Assembly (NCBI GenBank): GCA_028023455.1
Contig: JAQFVV010000009.1
Span: forward strand, 10,478,001-10,542,000
Length of the DNA: 64,000 nt
Origin: Epiperipatus broadwayi
Lineage: Eukaryota; Animalia; Onychophora
Reading direction: 5' to 3'
Shown here: positions 51,522 through 64,000 of the stretch, piece by piece
How positions within the stretch are numbered: the first letter of the stretch is position 1
Layout of the letters: every line of letters starts with the position of its first letter
Notes under the pieces: model-generated
What the model saw: the letters and a program-made list of their open reading frames with translations, nothing else
Database searches by the model: none
What the model was told of the DNA's origin: nothing
Position numbers and translations under genes: made by a program

Positions 51522-52192
51522 ATAATTCTAAGTTTTGATTTAAAAAATATATTCCAACTTCTAAAAAATAATTTGCTTAATTTTAGTCTCTAACAAATAT
51601 TTTGACTGCTGGATCTTTTGTCATTAATACTAATTCAAATAAGCCAAAACTTTCAACCATCTATATGTATGACTTCATTCTCAATTGCTGACTTGTCATT
51701 ATAATTTATGTCTTCTTTGTAATTCATCATTTCCCTTTGTTCTTCAACTTTCTTGAAGTCTTATTCTTAAATTTATTAAATCTTAATTGCATAATATCAA
51801 AATTCTAATAATAAATAGAATTTTTTTTTGATACTATGTAAATATTATAATGTGATCTTAATTTAATTTGAATTCTTGTTAAATGCATTTTAAGAAAAAA
51901 GGGCTTATTTTTATGTAGCTTATATATGAAAAAAAATATCCATGTAAATATTCTTGACATTAAATTAGTAATAAAGCTTTTATTTGAAAATAAAAAAAAG
52001 TAAGTAGAGAATTAAGGGAAATTTCAATTTTCCCAATAGATTAACTTCAATGGTATAATTTTAAATTTGAGTCTTAGTGAACAAATTCCAAGTCAGGTTA
52101 TATATATAGAAAAATTGACAGTTGAATATTAATTATATATATATATTTTACAAATATCAAATAATAAAATGGCATAATTATGGTAGCTTTAG

Positions 52193-52284
52193 AATCAGTG
52201 ACTATTTCTGACAGTGGGTCTGAAAGCAATATCTCACTTCGGATAGACCCCTGGACTACTTTTCATTGGGCATTCAGTGCATAA
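52193..52284 (+). CDS. Possible terminal exon or small ORF (xSVTISDSGSESNISLRIDPWTTFHWAFSA*)
   Basis: gctttag| acceptor, GC-richer island, open frame to TAA. An in-frame ATG at 52180 would give a 34-aa ORF. No family recognised. Confidence 0.3.
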
Positions 52285-54789
52285 ATATCTTTATATTGCA
52301 TGTGCATGATTTCTTACGAGTTTATGTGTTTTTAGTCTGCTCAAAAATGCATTTATTATAACGAGCAATTTTATGGTTAATCGTATATTTGTTAAGTTCA
52401 TAAATGGTGTGTTACTGTTGTTGATTAAACTGAGTGAAAGGATAAAAGATCGTATAACATATACAAAACTGTTTCTCAATCTACATTTATTCAGCGTGGA
52501 AGTCTGCTTATTCATACTTTTCTTGGGGAAAGGGGGGCTAATTCTAAAGAGTAAAATTAAAATCTTTCAATCTACATATACATATATCGGTTAAATTATA
52601 TATTTTAGATCTTAATTCTCCTAACCTGTTACTCTGCCTTAGACATCCATATAGAAGGATTAAATTTTGTAAGTAGACTGACTGTACTAAATAATAATGC
52701 CAACAAACTCTTTTAATCACCTTCTGCCTAATTGCTTTTTATTTAAACTAATGAATTGAAAATTTGTCACGATCCTAAGTTAACTAGTTTAAGCGTCATA
52801 TAGCATTTAAGGTAATTTAGTATATATACACTACATTTGTTTATAAACGTACAAGCCTAAACATTAGGAATTCTATATATATAGAAAATCCTGCTTTCAC
52901 TTTTTAGATTATTTTCATGAAATATTTTAGTGAAGCGAAATAAGAAAAGAAAAATCTGCTTTATCTATTTATTTCAAAACCTTTTTAAAAATATCAATTC
53001 TTTAATATTATTCTCGAAAATAAGCTTTCCAAAGAGGGACTAATCAACTATTATATGTATCATGATATACAGTGAGCAAGATAGATTGAAAATTCTATAA
53101 AAATAATGCTTATATGCGATTAAAAAAAATGATTAGAAGAAATGTTTGGAAATTTAGAAAAAGATTTAAAAAAAACCCGATTCAAAGGGTAGTTTTATAA
53201 TTCGAAATAAAATTAGGTTCATTAGCGGTTCAAATCTTAAAAAAGAAGTTATAATGTCATATTATAAATCTTTGAACTATAATATGTTAGCATTTATAAG
53301 GAATTATATATATATTTTGTAACTAATAATATCTACATGATAGGAGAACACATTATAATGGGTATATAAAAAACGAATTAAAGTTACCTAAATCTATCTG
53401 CAACCTGACTATAGCAAAACACTCACGGTCCTAAAAGTTCAGATTTCAGTAAATTACTCACTTTCATTATAGCCTTAATCAAATGATTTGTAGTTTGAAG
53501 TCTGAAAGTAATAAAGTTGAGCTACAATCCATGGAGTTTAAGCTTTAAAGTTCAGCCTATTCCTGTACTAAACCACACAATGAGGATAATGATCATTATG
53601 TACTATGCTGCTTCTCATAGGTTGGCTATTTAAAAAAATCAGTTAAGTATATGGAGCTATTCTGCTCAATCTGCTATTATATGCTCATATTTACGTGATC
53701 TCCTGAAGTAACTAACCATATGATTATTTTTCAAATAAGCATAATTTTATAATAAATATTCAAGGTGATTTACTTTGTTTATAATCATGAAAAATATCAA
53801 AGTCCCTCTTTCATAAATTCTTGTCTTACTTCCTTATGTTATAATTAAATTATTGTTTTTAATTTGATGTAGATTGAAACTGATTTTAACATCTTTTATG
53901 TTTTGAAACGAAATATGTTTTTTCATTTGGATGTTTATATACACTTAGTTACTATGTAGTTTGAAGTTGTCTGTTGCTGAGGTTTGGGCAGCTGACAAAG
54001 ATGTGAATTATCATTGAAATATGGATGTTACAAGGCGTTAATTGTTGTGTGTGCCTGCGTGTGATCACCTGATGAATACTTATATTTTAATTTTTGTGGG
54101 GGCGATCTTTTAATAAATGCTTATATAAATTTTAATTTTATTTTATAGACATTGTAATGTAGTTTACAGTCTGATATACACGTGTGATTATACTCATATA
54201 TTTTGATAGTAGAAATAAATCTCGATGTTTCTGTAATGTAAAAATTAAGTTAAAAAAAACAATCTAAAATTGTCTCCTAATTATAAAACTTATATGTATA
54301 TAAATATTGTGATTAAATATTAATCTATAGCTTTTTCAGCAGATTTTTAGTCTATGGATTAGTTGATGTTGCATTTCTAATGATTTTCTCCCTTTTTTCT
54401 GAGAGGATAAGATGATAACTCTATTGTTCATTTTTGCATAAATTATGTTTGCTAATCAGATTTTATATCTAAGGTCATCTCTTTTTTGGAACTGTCTCTT
54501 AACTAACCTTTTTTATGTGTATCTTTATAATAGTTTTGCCTATTTATGGTTTTTAGAATATTTTTTTTAAAAAAATAGTGGCTCAAAAATCAGACCAGTT
54601 TGAAAAATCTTATTACTATTGAGATTATAGTTGAAATATTGTAATATCTTGTTTAATCTCAAGTGGCAGGATTGAATATTTTTCACTCCCAATTATTAAT
54701 TGAAATTGTGGTCATTAGTTTTGACACTGAACCAAGTACTATCTCATTTTTTCCTATAACTACTGGAATAAAAAATATATAATATTTAT

Positions 54790-56790
54790 ATATGTGGATT
54801 TCTAATTTTCAGAAACATTCTAATGAATTTAAATTACAACTTACAAACCAGTTTCAAGTATTAGTAGATTTTGAACATGATTCAGATTTGAATAAAATTA
54901 ATAAGAAAATAACTTATATACTTTTAAAAACTGCAACAAAGATAGCTGATAGAACAAAGCAGCAGTTGACTAATAAAATTTCTACTGAGACTAGAGAATT
55001 AATGAATGAAAAAAGGAATATAAAGATATCTCAAATTTTGTAAAATGGTACAAAAAAAAGTTGATAGTGATATAAGAAAATATAATTGTGAAATAGCAAG
55101 GAAGATTGTAGAATAGAATAAAAATCTCAAGAGAGTAAAACAATATTTTGGTGTTGGTAGGAAATTTATATCTGCAATAAGATAAAAAGATAGAACTATT
55201 ACTAAAAAGAGAGATGACATCATAAAATAAATAGAAGAGTTCTATCAAGAATTATATAATAATAAAGAACAAGTATCTCCTACATCTATTACATCTTCTG
55301 AATTGCCCAGAATTTTAAATGAAGAAGTGAGACATGCAATTAAATCTATGAAGAAAGATAAAGCTTCAGATAATGATAGAATTATAATTGATATATTAAA
55401 AGAAACAGGTGAAGAAATAGAAATTTTTTTGATAAAGTTATATACCAAATGTCAATATGATAAAATACAAAATGATTAGAAGAATGTAGTATTAATGTTA
55501 ATATTTTAAAAATGAGATAAAGAACATATTAGAAATTACAGATCTATCAGCCTTTTATCAGTTTTATACAAAATTTTTACCAAGATAATTACAACTTGTC
55601 TACAGAGAACATTACATTTCAACCAACCACAAGAACAAGCTGGATTTAAAAGTGATTTTAACACATTGCATCATATCCAAGTATTGAGAGAAGTTATAGA
55701 AAGGACCAATGAATATGAGTTGCCATTATGCTTTGGATTTGTAGATTATGAAAAGGTATTTGATTCTATAAGCATTTCTTCAATGATTAAAGAATTGGAT
55801 CATCAAGGTATAAACTCAGAATATTGTTAGATTCTGAAGAATATTTATAAAAATGTAACAGCAACAATTTGTATACTAGGAAGGTTAACATTGAGAAGGG
55901 TGTAAGACAGGGTGACTCCACATCTCCAAAACTTTTTACAACAGTGCTACAAGAAATATTTTGTGGATTAAAATGGGAAACTAAAGGAGTAAAAGTAAAT
56001 GGAGATTATTTAAGTCATTTGGATTTTTCAGATGATGTAATTGTTTTTGCAAACAATGCTTTAAAACTTCAGGAAATGTTAAAGGAGTTATCAGATGAAA
56101 ATAAGAAAGTAGGACTAAATGTAAATGTTAAAAAGACTAAAGTAATGTTCAATGGATTTTTTCAAAAGATGAAAATAAAGATTAATTATGATGAGTTAGA
56201 AAAAGTTGACAACTACAAATACCTTGGTCATATTATTACTACAGATGGAAATATAATAGATGAAATTAATCATAGAATTAAACTTTATCGGAGTACTTTT
56301 GATAGAAATAACTTAATACTAAAAGGAAATATTCCCATGTGTTTGAAAAGGAAGGTTTTTAATAAATGTGTTTTATCAGTTCTTACATATAGATCTGAGA
56401 TTTGGATACTTAATAGAAGAACAATGCAGACTTCAGACCACTAGTATGGGGAGATGCATGTTAGGAATAACAAGAAATCAAAAACACAATATATGGGTAA
56501 GAGAACAAACAGATGTTACAGACATCATTGAAAGAATTAAAAGACTGAAGTGGAGGTAGGCTGGACATATTGCTAGAAGAGATGATAATAAATGGACTAG
56601 TGAAATCTTAAATGGGATTCCAAGAGATTGTAAAAGAGCCAGAAAGAGATAACATATGAGATGGATGGATGAAATCAGAAAGTGTGCAGGGATGATGTGG
56701 AGAAGAGAAGCTATAGATTGGAGAAGATGGATTGAACTGGAGAGACCTTCACCCTGCAATGGATTGATAATGGTTGACAATGATGATGAT
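54790..56790 (+). mobile_element. RTE-clade LINE, 5'-truncated, disrupted RT
   Basis: YRSISLLS, QEQAGF, FVDYEKVFDSI, GVRQGDSTSPKLF, L.FSDD, YKYLG and WR*AGHIARR motifs with stops and frameshifts; gatgatgat tail. Confidence 0.95.
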
Positions 56791-57179
56791 ATATTTAAGA
56801 ATTTTACTTGAAAAAATTTGGAAATAAACTGAAAACTTAGAAACAACTAAATGAATGCATAATAGAGTTGGAGTTTCTGTGCTTAATTGATCTAATTAAT
56901 AAAGTTATGACTAGATATATGCATTAATATAAAGCTTGAAAAACAGACTATCAATAAGACAGTCATTAATGGAAAAGTATTCTAGTGAATTTGAGCTAAA
57001 ATTTAATAATTCATTTAACAAATATTTACAAATTTTAAAGACAGATAAGCTGTTAACTAAATGAATAAAAAGATAGTAGATACTTTCTTTAAAACCACTG
57101 TATAGATAGCAAGATTTTTTCAAAAAGGCAGAGATTTACAAGTAAAATTTTTATTGACAAAAACCAATATATACTGAAA

Positions 57180-57530
57180 TGAAAGAATAAATTTGAGTAA
57201 TTATATTTATGAATCAGATATGGTTTTCAGGGGAAAATATATATATATATCAATTCTAAGAGAAAAATATGACATGAATACTAAAATCAGGGATGAAATT
57301 AAAAAGTGAGAAGATGAATTCTACAGTTTGTAATATAAAAACAAAAGATTCCATACAATAATGACAATTTAAAATTGTCTGATATTTTAATGAATAGGTG
57401 AAACCTGGAATTAAATTTATGAAGAGTAGCGGGGAAAACTTCCAGAACTAATGGAATTATTATAGATGTTTTAAAAAAAGCAGATGAGAAATTAGAGAGG
57501 TTATTGCCAAGGAATAAATTAAAAGATTGT
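57180..57530 (+). mobile_element. RTE LINE fragment (pre-RT region)
   Basis: gatgaaattaaaaag..gaattctac and K.SGE..RTNGIIIDVLKKA resemble 55200-55440. Confidence 0.55.
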
Positions 57531-59139
57531 TAAAAAAAAAAAAGCTGCAGCATATTACAAACATGTTTTTTGCTTTTGCAAATTAATTTATCCATAGTCA
57601 TCTGATCAATCCATATTAACATGAAGTGTAACTTTAATGTTTCCTTGCAGGAATTGAAAACCAAGAATCCTAATCATAAATCCACATAGAAAATAAAATA
57701 CAATAAAATGCAATTATTAAAATATGGATTGCTGGATTGTAAGATCAGTCATTATTCTTCAACTGCTCAATAGAGTGGTACAGAATCTTATATGTATGAT
57801 CACATCTTCATTGGATTGGCCATGTCAAATAGATAAATGTGTTAACCAGCATTTTTTGTCTTTTTTCTTTTTTACTCATTTTGGTTTTATACAAAGTATT
57901 AAATATTTCTAAGCATCTTAATATTGATGTTTACTTTTTTCTACTTTTCAATTGTGAAAGTTTATAGAAACTTTAAAAATAATGTAAAATACAAAATACT
58001 AAATCATGGGTTCTGCATTTATAAGAGTATAGCACCCTCTCCACTTACGATTACATCCTTGACATCCTATACTGTATTTTTTGTCTTTACTAAGTGTATC
58101 AATATTGATCTTATCAATTTAACAGCAAGATACCCAACCCATTTAACAAACTACTCAATACTAGCTGTATACACTATGGGTGGTTAACCTGAAATAACAT
58201 TTCTAATCTCATAAATCTAGACATAGGCACAACAAGTGGGTAATCTAATTATTGCAAGAAAAAAATCATAATATTTGCATAAATATCCAGGACAGGTTAT
58301 AATTTTATATTTTATTCACTCTTCAGGTTTTATAACTGTGTGGATTAATAATAAATTTCGTATTTTTTGTTGATAAAAATTGGCAAGAACTTAAATACAG
58401 GATTATTAAATTAATTTTTAGTTTTGTGTGTTATTTCTAATTAAATACGTCATGATTCAGATTTGTACTGTTTGAGGTATTTTTCTGAAATATATTTTAA
58501 TAGATATTATTATCAATTTGAAAAATTGAATGAACATGTTTTAACATGAGAATGTTTGTTTTTGTATGTTAAGTTCTCTGTCTAAAGTCAGGTGATAGCA
58601 ATTTGTCATCGTTGGTGGCAGCTTGTCATTTCATTCTTATAATATTTAGAACCATATCCAGAATTTTAAAGAGCACTTTATACTTCGGTAATTCGATAAT
58701 CAAAATATATGAAGTTAATAATATTTTAAGCAATAACAATTACACATAAATTTGTTTTGCAATTTTCTAAATTTAGTTCCAAACAATTATTTTGTGATAG
58801 ATTTTAAGCATTTATGTCAAATATGTATTATGTGTTTTTATTTTTTTCCAATGTCTACCATTATTTTGAATTATTTATTATATTTCTTTTTTTTCTCCTA
58901 ATATTACTAAAGATTCACGCTAACTATGATTTACGGAACCAAAGAAAAGTCAATAAGAATTAAAAATAATTATAAGATTAACATTAATATAAAAATATCA
59001 CATCTTATATAAATGAATGTCTTCAATCTCAAACTAATTAAACAATTTTTGAAAGGAAATGCATCACAGTTGCTGTTTATACTCTTATATATTAATAACA
59101 ATTATTAATGAAGTCAATAACAAATATCTATTTTAAAAA

Positions 59140-60100
59140 CCTGCTGAACCAACACTCATCAGTTGGTCCAGATCAGTATCTTTCCCATACACATATATAA
59201 CCGATGCTCAGTTTTTATATTAAAATAGTAAATCTTCAAAGTCTTCACCCTCCAACTTTTCAGCCATCTATATCATTAAAAATCTGATGATGGAATGCTC
59301 AAAACTTTTGTCAATATTATTTTCATACCCATGTTGACTTTAAGTCATTCTGACCCCTCGCATATATAATCTTAATATTTTCATTTAAATACACAGAACA
59401 GTGATGGGCAGAATACAGACTGAATATTTAATATTTAAATACAAGTATATTGTTTATACTGAACTTAATGTAATTAGAAGGGATTTGAACATAGACTTTC
59501 AAGCTTCCTAATTTATTCACTCCATCTTATACAACTGATATACATGACCACATAATGTGAAAAAGATAAATGATCTCCAATACATGCATTTTGTGCTGAA
59601 CCAGCACTCATTAGTTGGTCCAGATCATTATCTCCTTACACACATATATAATTAGTGCCCAGTTTCTTCAAACTTTTATGGATAGACTTCAATCTTCATC
59701 ATCCTCCAACTCTTCAGCCATCCATATCATTAAAAATCTGATGATGGAATGCTCTCTTCTAATTACATTAAGTTCAGTATCGACAATATACTTGTCTTTA
59801 TTTATTACATATTCAGTCTGTTTTTTGCCTATCCCTCTTCTGTATATTTAACTGGGCACATTAAGATTCTATATATAAGGGATCAGAGTGACTTAAAGCA
59901 ATATAGGTATGACCATAATATTGAAATCAACAACGGTTTTTAGCATTCCATCCTCAGATTTTCATTAGTATGGATTACTGAAGAGTTAGAGGGTGGAGAA
60001 GATTGAAGCATATCCATTAAAATTTGAAGATTTGCTATCTAAATATAAACCAAGCACTGGTAATATATGTGTGTGGAAGATAATGATCTACATCAATTGA
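59140..60100. repeat. Array of the 469-bp family: ~1.3 units (+) joined tail-to-tail to ~0.75 unit (-)
   Basis: + copy 59140-59750 with CTGATGA at 59284 and 59738. The reverse complement of 59751-60100 matches the same unit, including gaaaatctgaggatggaatgct. Confidence 0.85.
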
Positions 60101-63100
60101 CTAAGAAACTTAATCTACAATAATTTTAGGATTTGGCTTATAAAGTCATATGCATTTAAAGCAGCATTACTATCTATTTTTCTAAGTTTAAGTAATCAAT
60201 GGATACTGATGATAGCAGTTATTAGACTTTATCAGCTTTCTTGTAGGTTCAAATAAACTTTTTATTAATGAAGGATATTATCCAAGAAAGTTGTCTGGAA
60301 ATTTGAATAGAAAATTACTATTTAGTGTCTATTAATATTATGAAGATAATAGATGTTTCAATAATAAAGTAAGTAGAGTAAAATACAGCTTTTAAAAGCA
60401 GTGGTGTTTTATTAGCTCTTATTTTAAATTGTAACATTTTCTTTACTACAATGTTTAAATGAAAGATACATCTCAAAACATTTGTTGGTACAATCCTGAT
60501 ATGCTTCATGTAATAGTAAAGGTGAACATAAACCATATATACTCACATTTATATAGAAAAGGTGCAGCACTGTCAATATATAATATATGAAGAAATAAAC
60601 TTTCAAAATGGTTGCTATATAAATGTAAACATCACCGCACATAAAATACAAATTTTATTTTCATCTTGTCATCTAAGATTTGATCGACAATATTTCACAT
60701 TAATCAAGATTTGAAATTAGCCCTTGTTGTTATCATTATCTCATCTTGAGTTTTATTTGCAAAGATGTTAATATTAATAGAAATTAACTCTATATTGTAA
60801 ATTTAAATTTAAGCTGATTCAAATAAAGCTATGAGAACATGTTTACATGAAACTTACCCATATTATTATCATTGGTTGATTTACATGACTATATAAGATC
60901 TTAGATAAAATATTTTCATTTTAGCATGGCATATTTTTATGCTGGAAGATATTTGCATTTATGCAGCTAGCACTTTGGAGATTTATCTTTCCAAGTATTA
61001 CTTATTTATTAGTGGTATGATATTCTATTTTTGTACATTTTATATTCTGAAGTTTATTTACAAGGGTGTTAAATTGAATATAAATTCATTATACCTTGCA
61101 AATTTAAATATAAGTCAATTCCAAATGAAGTAATGAAACATCTCATATCATTGTTTAATATACATATCTATATAATATCTTAGATGACAAAATTCATTTT
61201 AGCATATTTTGATACTAGTGGGTAGGATTTGCTTTTATATAGTTAGAGCTTCAGAAGTTTATCTCTTCAAGTATTGTATATGGATAAAAAAAGTTAAAAC
61301 AATCATAAATAACTACTGCTGGGCTAAGCCTTCTCCAGCATCTTTTCATATAATGAACAATAAAGAAGATATTACTTATAAGGCAAATTAACCTGGTTGA
61401 TGAATTCTTTTTAGGGGAAATGTATATGGTGCCATAATGTCAAATCAGGCATCACACTTTTCATTAAGATTTATCTCAAGACTTAGAGGAATTGCTTTTT
61501 GTTTTTCTTATATATATATATATATATATTGCAGCAATATTGATGGAACTTACTACATAGTGTAAGGGTGTGACTTTGGATTTTCTGAGGGTTTTATTTA
61601 TTTTTATCTGGTAATCATTGCTGGACTTTTCACTTGATGATAAAGTAGACTGACTCATTATGTCATGATTGTAGTGGTTAGTCTTTTTAAATAGTAAATG
61701 TCCTGTTGGTCTTTAGATGCAATGAAGGCTTAGATTATACACTCACTGAAAAATTTGTATTAGCTTAATTTGGATGAGTCATGCTCATGAAAGGATGTGG
61801 AATCATTTATGAAATGAGAATTTTTTCTTTTTTTTTCTTTCCGTTTTGCATTCCAATATTGGGCAACTTCTGGAATCACTTTTTTTCTACACCATGTGCT
61901 TTTGGTTGTTTGTTTTTGTTAATGATACTTTTGGAATTTTATATGTTATCCTGTGTAAAAATTTCTATTGTTATTTTTGATTTTCGGTCCTAAATTAGTT
62001 GCACCCATGATAAGCTTAGCATTTATATTATCTGTTAATGGTTAAATGCCATTTAGTTTGTTATGTAAGATGAAATTTGTGAAATAATTTTAGTTAATAA
62101 TATCTAAATACCTATTTACTGATCAATTTTAGATGACTAAATAAATTGTCTATAGACTGACCAGCTTAAAAAAAAAGCCAGGTTTCGTAAAATCTCCAAG
62201 TTATATGGTAAGTTGATGTTTTATATATACTGTACATATAATGAAAATATGAGAGAATAACAAATAACTATAATTATCAGGCTTGGTTTAACATTAGATC
62301 ATTTATTTTATGTAATAAAATAGTTAATGTGTACCTCCACATAAATGGCTGGACTAATAGTTTAGCTATCTTTTACAATAATTTTATCACTAGTTTTATT
62401 TTTAAATCATAAAATCAATGTAATTTGTTTTATAAGATTATCATAACAATATAAATATGAATGTGCTAGCTGCATGCCATCATTCACATTCCAAAGTAAA
62501 TTAAAATAAGCTAATTGATCAATTTCTTTTTTCTTTTAGTAAAAAAAAAAGTCAAAAACAAAATAATAATATGACTGAAAATATGAAAATAATATAATTT
62601 GTTTAGTGAACAATGATTGAGAAATTTTATTAGCAATTATAGCAAATGGTTTAAATGAAGGCAAAACAAAACAAAAAAATGTTTGAAAACCTTAACTCAG
62701 TCTATTCAGAAATGATTGAAAAATAAATATTTTCAAAAAGTGTCAACAATGTAATCATTCCGGAAGAAATTAGATTAGCATTTTGCTGACCTTGCTAGTT
62801 TTTCATTACTAATCTATTTTTTTACATTTTTTTTCATAGTTATTGACAATAATTGTTTTGTTGTTTTTTTATTTTGTTTTCTAAAAATATTTTCAGATTT
62901 GTTTTGTAAATAAATTATATATTTATTGCATTGCCTTTATTTAAAATATTTGCAGGAGATTGATGTTAGAATTCTTCCCCAAATGTTTGCATTGATCATT
63001 CTTATTAAACATTTTTGCTTCTTTTTTTATTAGTCATTGTTTATTATTTTCAGATTTGTTTTCTAGGTAAATTATATTATTTTTGTGTTTTGAAACATCA

Positions 63101-64000
63101 TATTATTTTATATTGAAAAAAAAAAACATTGATTAGTTTATTTTTATCTATGTGCATAATAACTCCATCAACAGATACACATTAAGACAAATAGAATCAA
63201 ATTGACTAATGATGTATGAGAGGCAAGCGAATATGAATACACATATATGTATTACAATATCCTAGTTAATTCAGTGTAGAAGCATTAAATCACACAATAG
63301 TCATCAATGTACTCAAAATTTTGGAACACAGAGAATAAAAGTAATACTATAAATTAAACAAAATATTTAATTAATTAGCCTTTTAATCTGTCCATATTTT
63401 GACTATTTACCATTGTATTATATAAATGACAAAGAACATTATATAAATTTAAATTAAGAACTTTAGTAATTACAATTAAAAAAATAGTGCAAGCACAAGC
63501 TAGTGATCCAATTAGTAGTCTTAAATGGGATCAGCTTAACTTTTTATATTTTTAAAGATTTTTGGTAATATCTATAAATAGTTAAAAAGTCTGTCCAAAA
63601 TATTGTTTTATAAAATAATAATAGAAACAATAGAACACAGAGTTTTTAATCAACATAAATTGCTAAATATATAAAAACTATTCAAGTTTTATAACTCTGA
63701 TTCAAAATTATTATGATACTTATGCTGACACATTTCTTTCTCTTCCAATTTCTTTTTGAGTATAGTTGTTCAATGATGTCTGCGAATAATTAGATCCTCT
63801 ATTGAAAAGTTGTTCATGAGTTTAGAACTTAAAAAATAAAAATACAGCAATGCTTGTAAAATTCATGGCAGGGCTCTTTGCTATGGGTCAATGGTACATT
63901 GGAGTTTTTCTAAGTGGATTTTTGTTCTCTTCTGCAAATTAAAAAACTCAGCTTCATCTGACAACTAAATCAGTTGCTGGTAAATTTTCTTTTATATACT

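Overview
Very AT-rich eukaryotic, probably invertebrate, genomic DNA; the organism cannot be identified from the sequence. No intact long gene is present, and most listed ORFs are low-complexity artefacts or fragments of decayed transposons: RTE-clade LINEs, Penelope-like elements (PLEs), hAT, Tc1/mariner-type and probable Merlin and Crypton remnants, MITEs and a tRNA-derived SINE. The main hidden signal is a cluster of hammerhead ribozyme (HHR) elements. A fully canonical type I HHR (51311-51381) lies in a 571-bp insertion made of 1.3 circularly permuted copies of a 432-bp unit, flanked by a perfect 15-bp target-site duplication (TSD); this is the footprint expected from reverse transcription of a circular RNA (retrozyme-like). 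A second near-canonical HHR lies on the minus strand at 43979-44037. A third ~469-bp family with a CpG-decayed HHR and an antisense Pol III B-box has at least five loci here, one a 1.6-mer with a perfect 16-bp TSD. Several PLE-type inverted-repeat structures carry U3:A8 variant HHR cores. Two short phase-compatible exon candidates (10979-11754, + strand) hint at an unidentified host gene. All family assignments are by eye, without database searches.
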